This document shows positions 1 through 7,800 of a DNA stretch of 25,430 nt, piece by piece. Under the pieces are notes generated by a model. That model ran no database searches and was not told where the DNA came from. It saw nothing but the letters and a program-made list of their open reading frames with translations. Source of the stretch: a virus (Duplodnaviria; Caudoviricetes); the IMG/VR virus record IMGVR_UViG_3300017747_004606, positions 1 through 25,430 of that record. The stretch is one strand, 5' to 3'. The translations under genes and the position numbers were made by a program. Position 1 is the stretch's first letter, and every line of letters begins with the position of its first letter.

Positions 1-117
1 GGCAAACGGCTCTGCCAGGCACAAACCATCTCCCCCAGAAGTTCCCCCTGGCGCACTGCGTCCGGGGGTCTTTTGGCTGAGGTGCTTTCCACCTCATGTC
101 CTCTAGCTGTGAACAGC

Positions 118-336
118 ATGCGTTTCAATTCCCGCCGGGCAGATGTCTCCGGCTATCTCGAGTTCGTCTGGATTGAGAAAGATCTCCCCGAGGGCGTCAA
201 CCCTCAGGTCATCGCCCTGATCACCGACACCAACGACGGCCGCTTCCACGGCATGTACGGCCTCCAAACCGTGGCCGGCCCCACCGTCTTCGCCGTCAAG
301 GCGGAACTGTTCGCCCTCATCGAGGCCGGCCAATGA
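118..336 (+). CDS. Hypothetical protein (72 aa from ATG 118)
   Basis: C-ending codon bias typical of the window; stop overlaps next ATG (ATGA at 333); ATG 118 preferred over TTG 73. Confidence 0.7.
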   Translation: MRFNSRRADVSGYLEFVWIEKDLPEGVNPQVIALITDTNDGRFHGMYGLQTVAGPTVFAVKAELFALIEAGQ

Positions 337-566
337 TCACCGAGCACGCCACCCCCGAGCACTTCGCTCGGTGGGAGTCTCACGCGGCAACCCTGGACTC
401 CTATGCCCTCCGCTACGTCGTGGCGGACTGCCACCAGGCCGCCGCTGGCATGCGGGGCTGGAATCCCGCTCGTGAGGGCTACTACCTCGATCAAGCCGCG
501 ACATACGGCATGGAGCTGACCCGTCGCAATCGCGAGCTCCCCACCGGCCTCCGTGTCCGCCTCTGA
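333..566 (+). CDS. Hypothetical phage protein
   Basis: 77-aa ORF, ATGA-coupled to upstream gene, typical codon bias. Confidence 0.75.
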   Translation: MITEHATPEHFARWESHAATLDSYALRYVVADCHQAAAGMRGWNPAREGYYLDQAATYGMELTRRNRELPTGLRVRL

Positions 567-589
567 CTCACGCAGGAACTGCGCACGCC

Positions 590-772
590 ATGACCTACGA
601 AATCTTCTGCACCATCACCGACGACCTCGGCAGTCGCTGTAACCCCACCGGCATCTGGGGCTACAGCCGTGCCGATGTCGTGCTGGAACTCGCCGGCCTC
701 ACCCGCCGGCACCCAGACGCCACGTTCCACATTGAAGAAGTGTGGCCCGAAGACGCTTTCAACGCTTTCTGA
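590..772 (+). CDS. Hypothetical phage protein
   Basis: 60-aa ORF in co-oriented run, typical codon bias. Confidence 0.7.
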   Translation: MTYEIFCTITDDLGSRCNPTGIWGYSRADVVLELAGLTRRHPDATFHIEEVWPEDAFNAF

Positions 773-778
773 CCCGCC

Positions 779-982
779 ATGAAAACCCACTTCCACGAGA
801 TCGCTTTCCCTCCTGTCACCGCCGAGCAGCTCGCCTCGGTCGGCATCGACCGCACCGACCTCTACTGGTCGGCCACTTTCCGCTGCTGGCGCTTCTGCGG
901 CGCCACCGCCGCGGCTTCCCCGTACTTCACTACCGGCCAAATCCTCCACGAGCTTGGCCTCACCCCCGACCCCCGCGCCTGA
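779..982 (+). CDS. Hypothetical phage protein
   Basis: 67-aa ORF starting 6 nt after previous stop. Confidence 0.7.
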   Translation: MKTHFHEIAFPPVTAEQLASVGIDRTDLYWSATFRCWRFCGATAAASPYFTTGQILHELGLTPDPRA

Positions 983-985
983 TCC

Positions 986-1153
986 ATGCTCCTCATCGAC
1001 GCTTCCACCGGCACCGTCCTCACCGCCGAGACCTGCTATCTCCTCCCCGACGACGCCCTAACCGAGGCCGAATGGGAGGCCCTTAACGACATGTCCGACA
1101 CCGAGGCCGCCGAGCTTGGCCGCTTGCGCGGCACCCCTGTGCTCCCCCGCTGA
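986..1153 (+). CDS. Small acidic hypothetical protein (55 aa, MLLIDASTGTVL...)
   Basis: Read manually, below the ORF-track cutoff; fills the gap exactly with typical codon bias. Confidence 0.7.
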   Translation: MLLIDASTGTVLTAETCYLLPDDALTEAEWEALNDMSDTEAAELGRLRGTPVLPR

Positions 1154-1232
1154 TGCTCCCCCGGAGCTCTACCCCTTTTGTGGGCGAGCTCCCTGGGCGC
1201 CTCGCCCCTTCCCTTCACAAGCTGTGACCAGC

Positions 1233-1997
1233 ATGACCAACCCCAACGGACGGGTCCTCTACGAGGGTCCGTCGATGCTTGATGGCGCGCCCATCGTCGT
1301 CATCGCCACCGGCTTCGCCGAGCGCTCCGCCAACGACAAGACCGGCGGCATGCTGCAGACCTGGATCCTCCGGCAGGACATCCCACCGCACCACGCCTTC
1401 AAGTCCCCCGAGGGCGCCTCTGTCTGCGGCGACTGCCCGCACCGCCTCAACCGCACCTGCTACGTCCTCTGGTACCAGGCGCCGCTTGCTGTCTGGAACT
1501 GCTGGCACCACGGCGCGGGCTACGCCCCGGCCACCCCGGCCGACTTCGACGGCTTCGACCTGCGCCTCGGCTCCGCCGGTGACCCGGCCGCCGTCCCCAG
1601 CTGGATCTGGGAGCCGATCCTCCCCCGAGTCCGCAAGCGCACCGGCTATACCCACCAGTGGCGCCGTGCTGTCGGCTCCTGGCTCCGCGGCGTGGTGCAG
1701 GCGTCCTGCGACTCCCTGCAAGACCTCGCCGATGCCCGCGCCGCCGGCTGGCGCACTTTCACCGTGCTGCCCCTCGGCGCCCCCGACCCCACCGGCACCG
1801 TCCACTGCGCCGCCTCCACCGAGCGCGGTAACAAAACCAACTGCGCCACCTGCGGCCTCTGCGACGGTGCCTCTGCTGACGTCGCGATCTGGGCCCACGG
1901 CTCCCGCGCCGCCCACGTTCAACCCGCTACCCCCGCCCCCGCCCGACCCCCCGCCCCCCCCCCACCACACCCCCCTGGATCCGCGCCGAGCACCTAG
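1233..1997 (+). CDS. Cys-rich phage protein, radical-SAM-like / Gp88-like Fe-S or metal-binding enzyme
   Basis: Motifs CGDCPHR..CYV, LRLGSAGDP, GYTHQW, ASCDS and C-terminal CATCGLC; ATG 1233; the Pro-rich tail arises from a C-rich tract and may not be real. Confidence 0.6.
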   Translation: MTNPNGRVLYEGPSMLDGAPIVVIATGFAERSANDKTGGMLQTWILRQDIPPHHAFKSPEGASVCGDCPHRLNRTCYVLWYQAPLAVWNCWHHGAGYAPATPADFDGFDLRLGSAGDPAAVPSWIWEPILPRVRKRTGYTHQWRRAVGSWLRGVVQASCDSLQDLADARAAGWRTFTVLPLGAPDPTGTVHCAASTERGNKTNCATCGLCDGASADVAIWAHGSRAAHVQPATPAPARPPAPPPPHPPGSAPST

Positions 1998-2104
1998 CCG
2001 GCTTCCTGCTCGGCCTAGCCCTCGCCGCTATGGCGGTCGATTACGGCTACCAGCGCCCTAGCAACACCCTTCCGCCTACGCCCATGGCGTACCCCGGCCC
2101 ATGA
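1976..2104 (+). pseudogene. Small membrane protein frame lacking a start codon (WIRAEHLAGFLLGLALAAMAVDYG...)
   Basis: Hydrophobic helix and stop coupled to ATG 2101, but no in-frame ATG/GTG upstream of the hydrophobic segment; 5' end falls in the C-rich tract. Confidence 0.45.
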
Positions 2105-2298
2105 GCGACGCTCGCCCTCTCAGTCCCCCAGACCCCGAGCCCGACGCTCCACCCCACCGCGTCTGGCACTTCCTATCTGAGGACCACGAGCACGAACACT
2201 GGACCGAGGACGCCACCGAGGCAGAAACCCTCCTCATTGAGTACGCCGCTCGCGCGGCCCCTTACAGCCTCCGCTGTTACCTAGAGGAAGCGCACTAA
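2101..2298 (+). CDS. Hypothetical phage protein
   Basis: 65-aa ORF in co-oriented run. Confidence 0.65.
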   Translation: MSDARPLSPPDPEPDAPPHRVWHFLSEDHEHEHWTEDATEAETLLIEYAARAAPYSLRCYLEEAH

Positions 2299-2358
2299 CT
2301 GCTGCGCTTCTGCTAGTTTCCTTGCGTTCATCACCACTACCTGCTAGAACTCACCTAC

Positions 2359-2691
2359 ATGCGCACAACCCGCTCCTACTCCCCCACCGGCGCCATCGGC
2401 CGCCGCCTCACCGCCGCCTACGACCTGCAGCTCCAGTCGCAGCGGATCGTCGCCGAGCTCACCGCCCACCGCCACTGGCTTTGCGAGCGCATGGAGCGCC
2501 TCGACCTCGACCGCATCGAGCAGGGCGACCTCGTCGTCACCCGCAAGCTCCGCCACCGCTGGACCTACACACCCGAGACCGAGGCTCTTATGGAGGCTCT
2601 CCGCAAAACCCAGCTCCGCGAACAGGCCGAAGGCCTCGCCACTGACAACCCCACCGTCTACGTCGCCCTCACCACTCAGTACCAGTCATGA
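2359..2691 (+). CDS. Hypothetical phage protein (helical)
   Basis: 110-aa ORF, strong codon bias, ATGA overlap with next gene. Confidence 0.8.
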   Translation: MRTTRSYSPTGAIGRRLTAAYDLQLQSQRIVAELTAHRHWLCERMERLDLDRIEQGDLVVTRKLRHRWTYTPETEALMEALRKTQLREQAEGLATDNPTVYVALTTQYQS

Positions 2692-2882
2692 CCAACCTGT
2701 CCGCAACCGAGCGCTATCACACCGTCGCCTCCATGGAGCGCCACGGCGGCGGCTTCTGCCGCGCCCTCGCCCAGGCCTGGTACGTCGCCGACCCGCACAA
2801 CAAGCAGCGCATCGAACATGCGTTCGAGCACATCCTGATCGACTTCGCCCCTGGCTCCCGCCTCCACGAGGGCGCCCAATGA
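2688..2882 (+). CDS. Hypothetical phage protein (GGGFCRALAQAW..ADxxN motif)
   Basis: 64-aa ORF, ATGA overlaps at both ends. Confidence 0.8.
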   Translation: MTNLSATERYHTVASMERHGGGFCRALAQAWYVADPHNKQRIEHAFEHILIDFAPGSRLHEGAQ

Positions 2883-2974
2883 AGCGCCTCGCCCTGTTCG
2901 CCGCGCTTGCGCTCTGCGCCCCAGCGCAGGCGCGTGACTACCTCGAAGCCCACCTCATCCACCTAGCCGAATGA
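2879..2974 (+). CDS. 31-aa ORF consisting of a signal-peptide-like leader plus 13 residues
   Basis: MKRLALFAALALCAPAQA-RDYLEAHLIHLAE; ATGA overlaps at both ends. Confidence 0.6.
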   Translation: MKRLALFAALALCAPAQARDYLEAHLIHLAE

Positions 2975-3246
2975 CTGACCCCTCTTTCAACCTCGCCATG
3001 GCCGCCCGTGTCGGCGACTCCTGGTACCAGCACCTCAGCGCCGTCGAAGCCGCCATGGCTGAGCAAGACCGCATCGATGCTGCCCGCTGGCGCGCCGGAT
3101 GGACCGGCGACGAGGGCGGCTGGTACGCCCCCTGCGGCATGCACGAGTCCGACTGGGAAAACGAGGGCTACCCCCTCCCGGAGGACCCGGCATTCACCGA
3201 GTGGGCCGCCGCCTTCTACCACTACGACGCTACGGACGCCGCGTAG
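2971..3246 (+). CDS. Hypothetical acidic, Trp-rich phage protein
   Basis: 91-aa ORF, ATGA-coupled. Confidence 0.75.
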   Translation: MTDPSFNLAMAARVGDSWYQHLSAVEAAMAEQDRIDAARWRAGWTGDEGGWYAPCGMHESDWENEGYPLPEDPAFTEWAAAFYHYDATDAA

Positions 3247-3250
3247 CGGC

Positions 3251-3281
3251 CGCGGCCCGCCGGAGCCGCACCCAATCCGGC
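3251..3281 (+). ncRNA. Candidate cis-acting H-type pseudoknot, copy 1
   Basis: GCGGC/GCCGC and GCCGGA/TCCGGC interleaved stems; 29/31 identical to 3452-3482; 23 nt before ATG 3305. Confidence 0.65.
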
Positions 3282-3304
3282 AACCACACATTGCGACCCC
3301 AACC

Positions 3305-3445
3305 ATGACTACTTGCCTGTTTGAACAGCCCGGTGATTACAAAATCAACTGGGAAGCAACCACGTTTGGCGAACCTAAGCGGCCTGTTGAGCCCGAGGCG
3401 CCTGCAACTGACGACGATCTCGTCGTTGTCAAGTACGAGGCCTAA
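3305..3445 (+). CDS. Small hypothetical protein (46 aa, MTTCLFEQPG...)
   Basis: ORF lying between the two pseudoknot repeats; weaker C3 codon bias than neighbours. Confidence 0.6.
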   Translation: MTTCLFEQPGDYKINWEATTFGEPKRPVEPEAPATDDDLVVVKYEA

Positions 3446-3451
3446 CCCCCA

Positions 3452-3482
3452 CGCGGCCCGCTGGAGCCGCACCCAATCCAGC
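3452..3482 (+). ncRNA. Candidate cis-acting H-type pseudoknot, copy 2
   Basis: GCGGC/GCCGC and GCTGGA/TCCAGC stems (compensatory C-G to T-A change); 23 nt before ATG 3506. Confidence 0.65.
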
Positions 3483-3505
3483 CTTTACCCCACTACCCCA
3501 CCGCC

Positions 3506-4585
3506 ATGCGCGACTACTCCCCCAACACCGTCACCACCGCCTACGCCGCTGACGGCCGCGGCCCCGCCGTCTACGGCAAATATCGCGAGCACGGCTACGC
3601 CGTGAACCCGCTCACCGCCCAGCTCGGCACCTTCGTCCCCGAGCACGCCTCCGCCTCCGAGGCCTTCGCCATCGCCGGCCTCGACTGGACCGCCCAAAAG
3701 CAGCCGGTCTTCTACCTCGGCGCTGACGGCCCGGTCATCTCCCCCGACCACTGCGCCATCGTCCGCAACGACAACTACGCCTGCCTCGGCATCCACGGCA
3801 CCGCCTACACACCGGTGCAAAACACGGCGCTGATCAACCTCCTCGACTACCTCCGCGAGAACATCCACCTCGAGACCGTCCTCTCCATCCGCAACGGCCG
3901 CCGCGTCTACGCCACCGCCTCCATCAACACCGAGAGCGAAGTCGTCCCCGGCGACCGCGTCCGCCGCTACCTCCACCTCTTCAACTCCCACGATGGGAGC
4001 TCCGGCTTCGGCGTCTTCTTCAGCGACGTCCGCCTCGCCTGCGCCAACCAGCTCGCCTACCTCACCGGCCGCGCCGCCCGCACGGCTACCACCAACGGCA
4101 CCGGCCTCCGCCGCAAGCACACCAGCAGCGTGACTGCCTTCGCCGCCTCCCTCCCCGAGCTGATCGACATCGAGCGCCGCACCTTCGCCAGCTCCATCGA
4201 CCAGCTCCGCGATCTCACCCGAGTGCGCCTCACACCCGAGATCGCCCGCCGCGTCCTCGAGGCCACCTACGCCGACCGCCTCGGCACCCCCATCCGCGAC
4301 AAGTCAACCGGCGACAAGCGCCCCCGCACACTCGCCGACCTCCCCGAGATCGACACCATCCGCAGCCACTACTCCGGCACCACAGGCCTCGGCATCCACG
4401 ACATCCCCGGCATTTCCGGCACCGCCTACGCCCTCTTCAACGCCATCACCCAACACGCCACCCACGACACCGGCCGCGCCACCGACTCCACCGAGCGCGC
4501 CCGCGCCCGCCTTGAAGCTCTCTGGGGTGGCACAGCCGCCAAGCGCATCGAGCGTGCCCGCGAAGCCTGCCTCGCCCTGGTCTGA
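3506..4585 (+). CDS. DUF932 family phage/plasmid protein
   Basis: AGLDW, YTPVQN, YLHLFNSHDGS, VRLACANQL, GTAYALFNAIT motifs characteristic of DUF932. Confidence 0.9.
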   Translation: MRDYSPNTVTTAYAADGRGPAVYGKYREHGYAVNPLTAQLGTFVPEHASASEAFAIAGLDWTAQKQPVFYLGADGPVISPDHCAIVRNDNYACLGIHGTAYTPVQNTALINLLDYLRENIHLETVLSIRNGRRVYATASINTESEVVPGDRVRRYLHLFNSHDGSSGFGVFFSDVRLACANQLAYLTGRAARTATTNGTGLRRKHTSSVTAFAASLPELIDIERRTFASSIDQLRDLTRVRLTPEIARRVLEATYADRLGTPIRDKSTGDKRPRTLADLPEIDTIRSHYSGTTGLGIHDIPGISGTAYALFNAITQHATHDTGRATDSTERARARLEALWGGTAAKRIERAREACLALV

Positions 4586-4643
4586 CGCACAACCGGCCGG
4601 CCCTGCCGGCCTCCTTACCCTTGCCCTAGAGCGCCCCCGGGCC

Positions 4644-5045
4644 ATGCAGATCCCCGACACCCCTGAAGCGCTGTTCGAGCATCTCAGCGACAGCAACGTC
4701 CGCGAGATGTTTGCCAACTACGACGCTCTCCGCCCCCGCCACCGCAAGCTCGTTCACCTGCTCCACACAGAGCTGACCAAGGGCGAGCTCAGCGACGCTG
4801 CCTTCATGGACACCATTGCGTTCATCACGCTGCTCTGGCGCTGCTTCAACCGCACCGCCTGCCTACAGATTGAGCAGCTACTCGAGGACAACGACGAGCT
4901 CGAGACCCAGTGGATCAACTCCGCCCTCGACTACGCCCGCGTCGCTCAGTTCATCGAAGCCTGCCTCAACCTCTACGACTCCGCCCCCGACCTCACCGAG
5001 CTCGACGGCGAGAGCACTTACCACATCCACCGCACCGCCCCCTAA
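4644..5045 (+). CDS. Hypothetical helical protein (133 aa)
   Basis: ATG 4644 within the 4512-5045 frame; typical codon bias. Confidence 0.8.
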   Translation: MQIPDTPEALFEHLSDSNVREMFANYDALRPRHRKLVHLLHTELTKGELSDAAFMDTIAFITLLWRCFNRTACLQIEQLLEDNDELETQWINSALDYARVAQFIEACLNLYDSAPDLTELDGESTYHIHRTAP

Positions 5046-5140
5046 TGACATCGCCAGACTGAGGAAGCCGGTCTCCCCCGAGCGCTGAGCGCTACCGGCC
5101 CACTCTTTCCCCTCCTTCACGGCCCCGCCGTTGCTTTCGC

Positions 5141-5326
5141 ATGGCTTCACCTGCGTTTGCGCACTACGACCTGTGCAACCCAACCACAGGCACCATCCTC
5201 TACCGCACTTATGCGACCACCACCGAAATCCTCGCCGCCAATGCACGCCTCCGAGAACGCGGCATCAGCAGCCGCTACTACCCCGCCGACACATACAACG
5301 CGCCTCTACTACACGATCCGCGCTGA
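5141..5326 (+). CDS. Hypothetical phage protein
   Basis: 61-aa ORF; true end may be near 5295 (see findings). Confidence 0.65.
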   Translation: MASPAFAHYDLCNPTTGTILYRTYATTTEILAANARLRERGISSRYYPADTYNAPLLHDPR

Positions 5327-5510
5327 CGGCGGCTTTCTCACCGCCAGCCACGCCGCTGACGGCCCCCCGATCGTCATCCTTCCCACCCCCGAGAACGCCA
5401 CGCGCTTCATCGACATCACCGCCGCCAGCCGCCGCGCCTCTGCCCTGCAGCAGCTCGGCTGGCGCGACCTCCGCGTCATCGCGGTCTACTTACCCACCAT
5501 CCGTCTATGA
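5295..5510 (+). CDS. Hypothetical protein with uncertain start (TTRLYYTIRADGG...)
   Basis: 3' part of the 5157-5510 frame has gene-like codon bias and ATGA-couples to 5507; no standard start codon near 5295. Confidence 0.5.
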   Translation, partial: TTRLYYTIRADGGFLTASHAADGPPIVILPTPENATRFIDITAASRRASALQQLGWRDLRVIAVYLPTIRL

Positions 5511-5902
5511 CACGAACTGCACCCACCACCCGCTACATCGAGCTCATCGCCCTAGCCGAGGCCCACTACGCCCGCCAAGGCTTTGTCAAATGGACTGACC
5601 TCGCCACCGAGCTCGGCCTCAGCCGCCAGCGCATCCTCCAGCTCATGCAACAGGCTGTTTGCCTCGGCCACCTCACCGAGGACGACCTCGACCGCTATCG
5701 CTCCGAGGCCGCCCGCCGCATGGCCGCCCGCACAAACGCAACCCTCCGGCGCGACCTTGAGAAGCTCAAGATCCACCTGGTGCTCACCCCCGACAACCAC
5801 CAGTGGCTCACCGAGGCCCACGCCGCCGCTCCCCACGGCACCACTACAGGTGACCTGATCAACGCTGCCCTTACCCACTTCCGCACCAACGCCAATGCCT
5901 GA
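5507..5902 (+). CDS. Helix-turn-helix DNA-binding protein
   Basis: WTDLATELGLSRQRILQL HTH-like segment. Confidence 0.75.
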   Translation: MTRTAPTTRYIELIALAEAHYARQGFVKWTDLATELGLSRQRILQLMQQAVCLGHLTEDDLDRYRSEAARRMAARTNATLRRDLEKLKIHLVLTPDNHQWLTEAHAAAPHGTTTGDLINAALTHFRTNANA

Positions 5903-6071
5903 TAGCCGCTTCTGGAGCACTGTCTCCCGCTACTGCTCCGAGCTCGCCCCCGTGGTCGGCCCCATCTTCAGCGCCGCCTCCGACCTGGCCAGCGCCATCG
6001 ACCGCGCCTCGCTACCTCCGGCCGCAACACCCAGGCCATCTGAGCTGCCGGTACCCTCTGATCTCGACTGA
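5895..6071 (+). CDS. Small hypothetical protein (58 aa, MPDSRFWSTV...)
   Basis: Read manually; overlaps previous stop by 8 nt and fills the gap. Confidence 0.6.
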   Translation: MPDSRFWSTVSRYCSELAPVVGPIFSAASDLASAIDRASLPPAATPRPSELPVPSDLD

Positions 6072-6082
6072 TCAGCGCCCCT

Positions 6083-6325
6083 TTGCATCCCCACATCGAT
6101 CCCCTTTCACTACCGGATGACAGCTTCCTCGAGCGTGCCCGCGCCATGTGCGCGACAAAGATCCCCCACTTGAACCGCCAAGCTGCCTCCGCTCACCTAC
6201 GCCGAGGCAGCTACATCGGCACCCCATACCACTGCCCGATCTGCGGGGACTGGCACACCACGACCTATGACCGTGCCCAATCCAAGCGGTTCTCTCGTCG
6301 ACTCTCCCGTCTACTTCGTAATTGA
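6083..6325 (+). CDS. Small zinc-finger-like phage protein
   Basis: C..K and YHCPICGDWHTT motif; TTG start. Confidence 0.7.
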   Translation: MHPHIDPLSLPDDSFLERARAMCATKIPHLNRQAASAHLRRGSYIGTPYHCPICGDWHTTTYDRAQSKRFSRRLSRLLRN

Positions 6326-6496
6326 ATGCGAACACTAAAGCTTTACCAAGCGCGTCTCCAATGCCACACAGTTGGAGTGATGGCATTTGACTTAGAAGAT
6401 GCTAGGCTCTGCCTGCACGAACTTTACCCCACCGAATCAGTGCTAAGCCTAATCCTCGCCCCCGAGTGGTGCATAGAGCCCGATGACATTACATGA
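6326..6496 (+). CDS. Small hypothetical protein (56 aa, MRTLKLYQAR...)
   Basis: Read manually; ATG directly after previous TGA. Confidence 0.6.
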   Translation: MRTLKLYQARLQCHTVGVMAFDLEDARLCLHELYPTESVLSLILAPEWCIEPDDIT

Positions 6497-6572
6497 CTTT
6501 GAGCTGCTAGCAGCTATCTACATAGCTGCCTGCTTTCTTCTACTGTTTATCGCTTCCAAAATCCTTCCATGA
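6483..6572 (+). CDS. 29-aa single-helix membrane peptide
   Basis: MTLHDFELLAAIYIAACFLLLFIASKILP; ATGA-coupled to next gene. Confidence 0.55.
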   Translation: MTLHDFELLAAIYIAACFLLLFIASKILP

Positions 6573-6733
6573 AGATCGACCACAAAGAAGAGACACGCCG
6601 TGCGCTCTACCTCGATTGGCTTTACGAACAGTCTGGTCGTACCTGTATGACCTACACCGGTCTCTACCGAGAACGGTTGGCCGCCTTGCTTGAGGCTGAC
6701 ATGCAAGCTGCACAAGGTCAAACCCAGAGCTGA
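6569..6733 (+). CDS. Small phage protein (54 aa, YLDWLYEQSGRT..TYTGLY)
   Basis: Read manually; ATGA overlap; fills the gap. Confidence 0.65.
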   Translation: MKIDHKEETRRALYLDWLYEQSGRTCMTYTGLYRERLAALLEADMQAAQGQTQS

Positions 6734-6742
6734 GCATCCACC

Positions 6743-7138
6743 ATGAGAAACCAAACTGTTTTCACCATCAGCATCACTGTTGCAAGCCTCGCCGCTCTTG
6801 CTTTTGTCCTGTGGGGTCTGCCACAGCTCGGCGTCTACAACCGCACCTTGGCTGGCAAAGCTTCGCTCATGGAGGCGGAGAGCACCCGCCAGGTGAAAGT
6901 CCTCGAAGCCAAGGCAAAGAAGGACTCAGCTTCGCTTGAGGCCGAGGCCGAGATTGAGCGCGCCAAAGGCGTTGCAGAAGCAAATCGCATCATCGGTGAT
7001 TCTCTGAAAGATAATCCGCGCTATTTGCAGTATCTGTACATCGTTGGGCTACAAGAAGGTAGCGAGAAAGGCAACCGCACAATCTACGTGCCCACCGAAG
7101 GCGGACTACCTGTTCCGACGCTTGGTATTGCAAAGTGA
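6743..7138 (+). CDS. Membrane-anchored protein resembling the coiled-coil C-terminus of SPFH/band-7 proteins
   Basis: N-terminal TM helix, EAEAEIERAKGVAEANRIIGDSL..YLQYL..IYVPTEGGLP. Confidence 0.75.
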   Translation: MRNQTVFTISITVASLAALAFVLWGLPQLGVYNRTLAGKASLMEAESTRQVKVLEAKAKKDSASLEAEAEIERAKGVAEANRIIGDSLKDNPRYLQYLYIVGLQEGSEKGNRTIYVPTEGGLPVPTLGIAK

Positions 7139-7221
7139 GTGCACGCTATCTCGTCTACCAAGTTGGCTGCGGTGCATGTTGTGCGCTTTGGAACGACTAG
7201 GCCCTTCGCTTCCTACAACTA

Positions 7222-7542
7222 ATGACTGAACATCCGATCACCCCACCGACCAGGCTGCTACAGCAGTGGTTCGACTACGATCCTTTTGACGCCTTCACTA
7301 TTGCCGCCCGCTGGGGCAGCGATCAGGAACTGGAGGCGTGTGTTAACTATGTGGACAACACCATTAGTGGTAACAAGGCGCGAGCGCTCCGCGCCGCCCG
7401 CCGCCCCAAGCCACCGAGCCTGAAGGAGCAGGCGGTATTTGCAGCAGCAGTTTTGCGGTCGCCAGATGAAACCTGCTCTATTGCCGAGATAGAGCAGCAC
7501 TGGCACACCATCCGCTGCGCTCTTGAATCCCTGCCTGAATAG
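7222..7542 (+). CDS. MTxHPITPP-family hypothetical protein, paralog A
   Basis: Shares HPITPP, DQEL..C, RRPKPPSLKE, TIRxALESLP blocks with 7801-8145. Confidence 0.8.
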   Translation: MTEHPITPPTRLLQQWFDYDPFDAFTIAARWGSDQELEACVNYVDNTISGNKARALRAARRPKPPSLKEQAVFAAAVLRSPDETCSIAEIEQHWHTIRCALESLPE

Positions 7543-7569
7543 TCAACATCTTTAATCACCATGACTGAC
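7507..7569 (+). repeat. 63-bp direct repeat, copy 1 (gene end + spacer + next start)
   Basis: 58/63 identical to 8110-8172, including identical TAGTCAACATCTTTAATCACCATGACTGAC. Confidence 0.9.
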
Positions 7570-7788
7570 ATTGAACGCGACGCTGCCCGCTATCGCTGGA
7601 TAAAGGCCGCTCCTAGATTATGCATCGAAAGGATGCCTGACTCTCACTTCTGGATTTCTACAGAGACAGGAGAAAAGTATTCAGTGACTCACGAATTGGC
7701 GGCATTTAACACAGGCTTCCACGGACTGCCAACGCTTGATGAGTTGGTTGATCAAGCGATGGAGATGTATCCAATCAAAACCCAGTAG
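7561..7788 (+). CDS. Hypothetical phage protein (RDAARYRWI...LDELVDQAM motif)
   Basis: 75-aa ORF; DAxRYRW motif recalled from small phage proteins. Confidence 0.75.
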   Translation: MTDIERDAARYRWIKAAPRLCIERMPDSHFWISTETGEKYSVTHELAAFNTGFHGLPTLDELVDQAMEMYPIKTQ

Positions 7789-7800
7789 TCCGATCAACTA

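Noticed and set aside
1215-1970. Long minus-strand and alternate-frame ORFs (also 3485-4120, 14706-15266, 17998-19071, 20116-20754)
   Set aside because: Shadows of GC-rich + strand genes, with low-complexity translations and no motifs
3244-3506. Pseudoknots as stop-codon readthrough signals
   Set aside because: Only the second copy would give an in-frame fusion; the conserved distance is to the downstream ATG, not to the stop
4595-4611. GGCCGGC-CCT-GCCGGCC hairpin after DUF932 as an intrinsic terminator
   Set aside because: Three-nt loop and no U-tract; insufficient support
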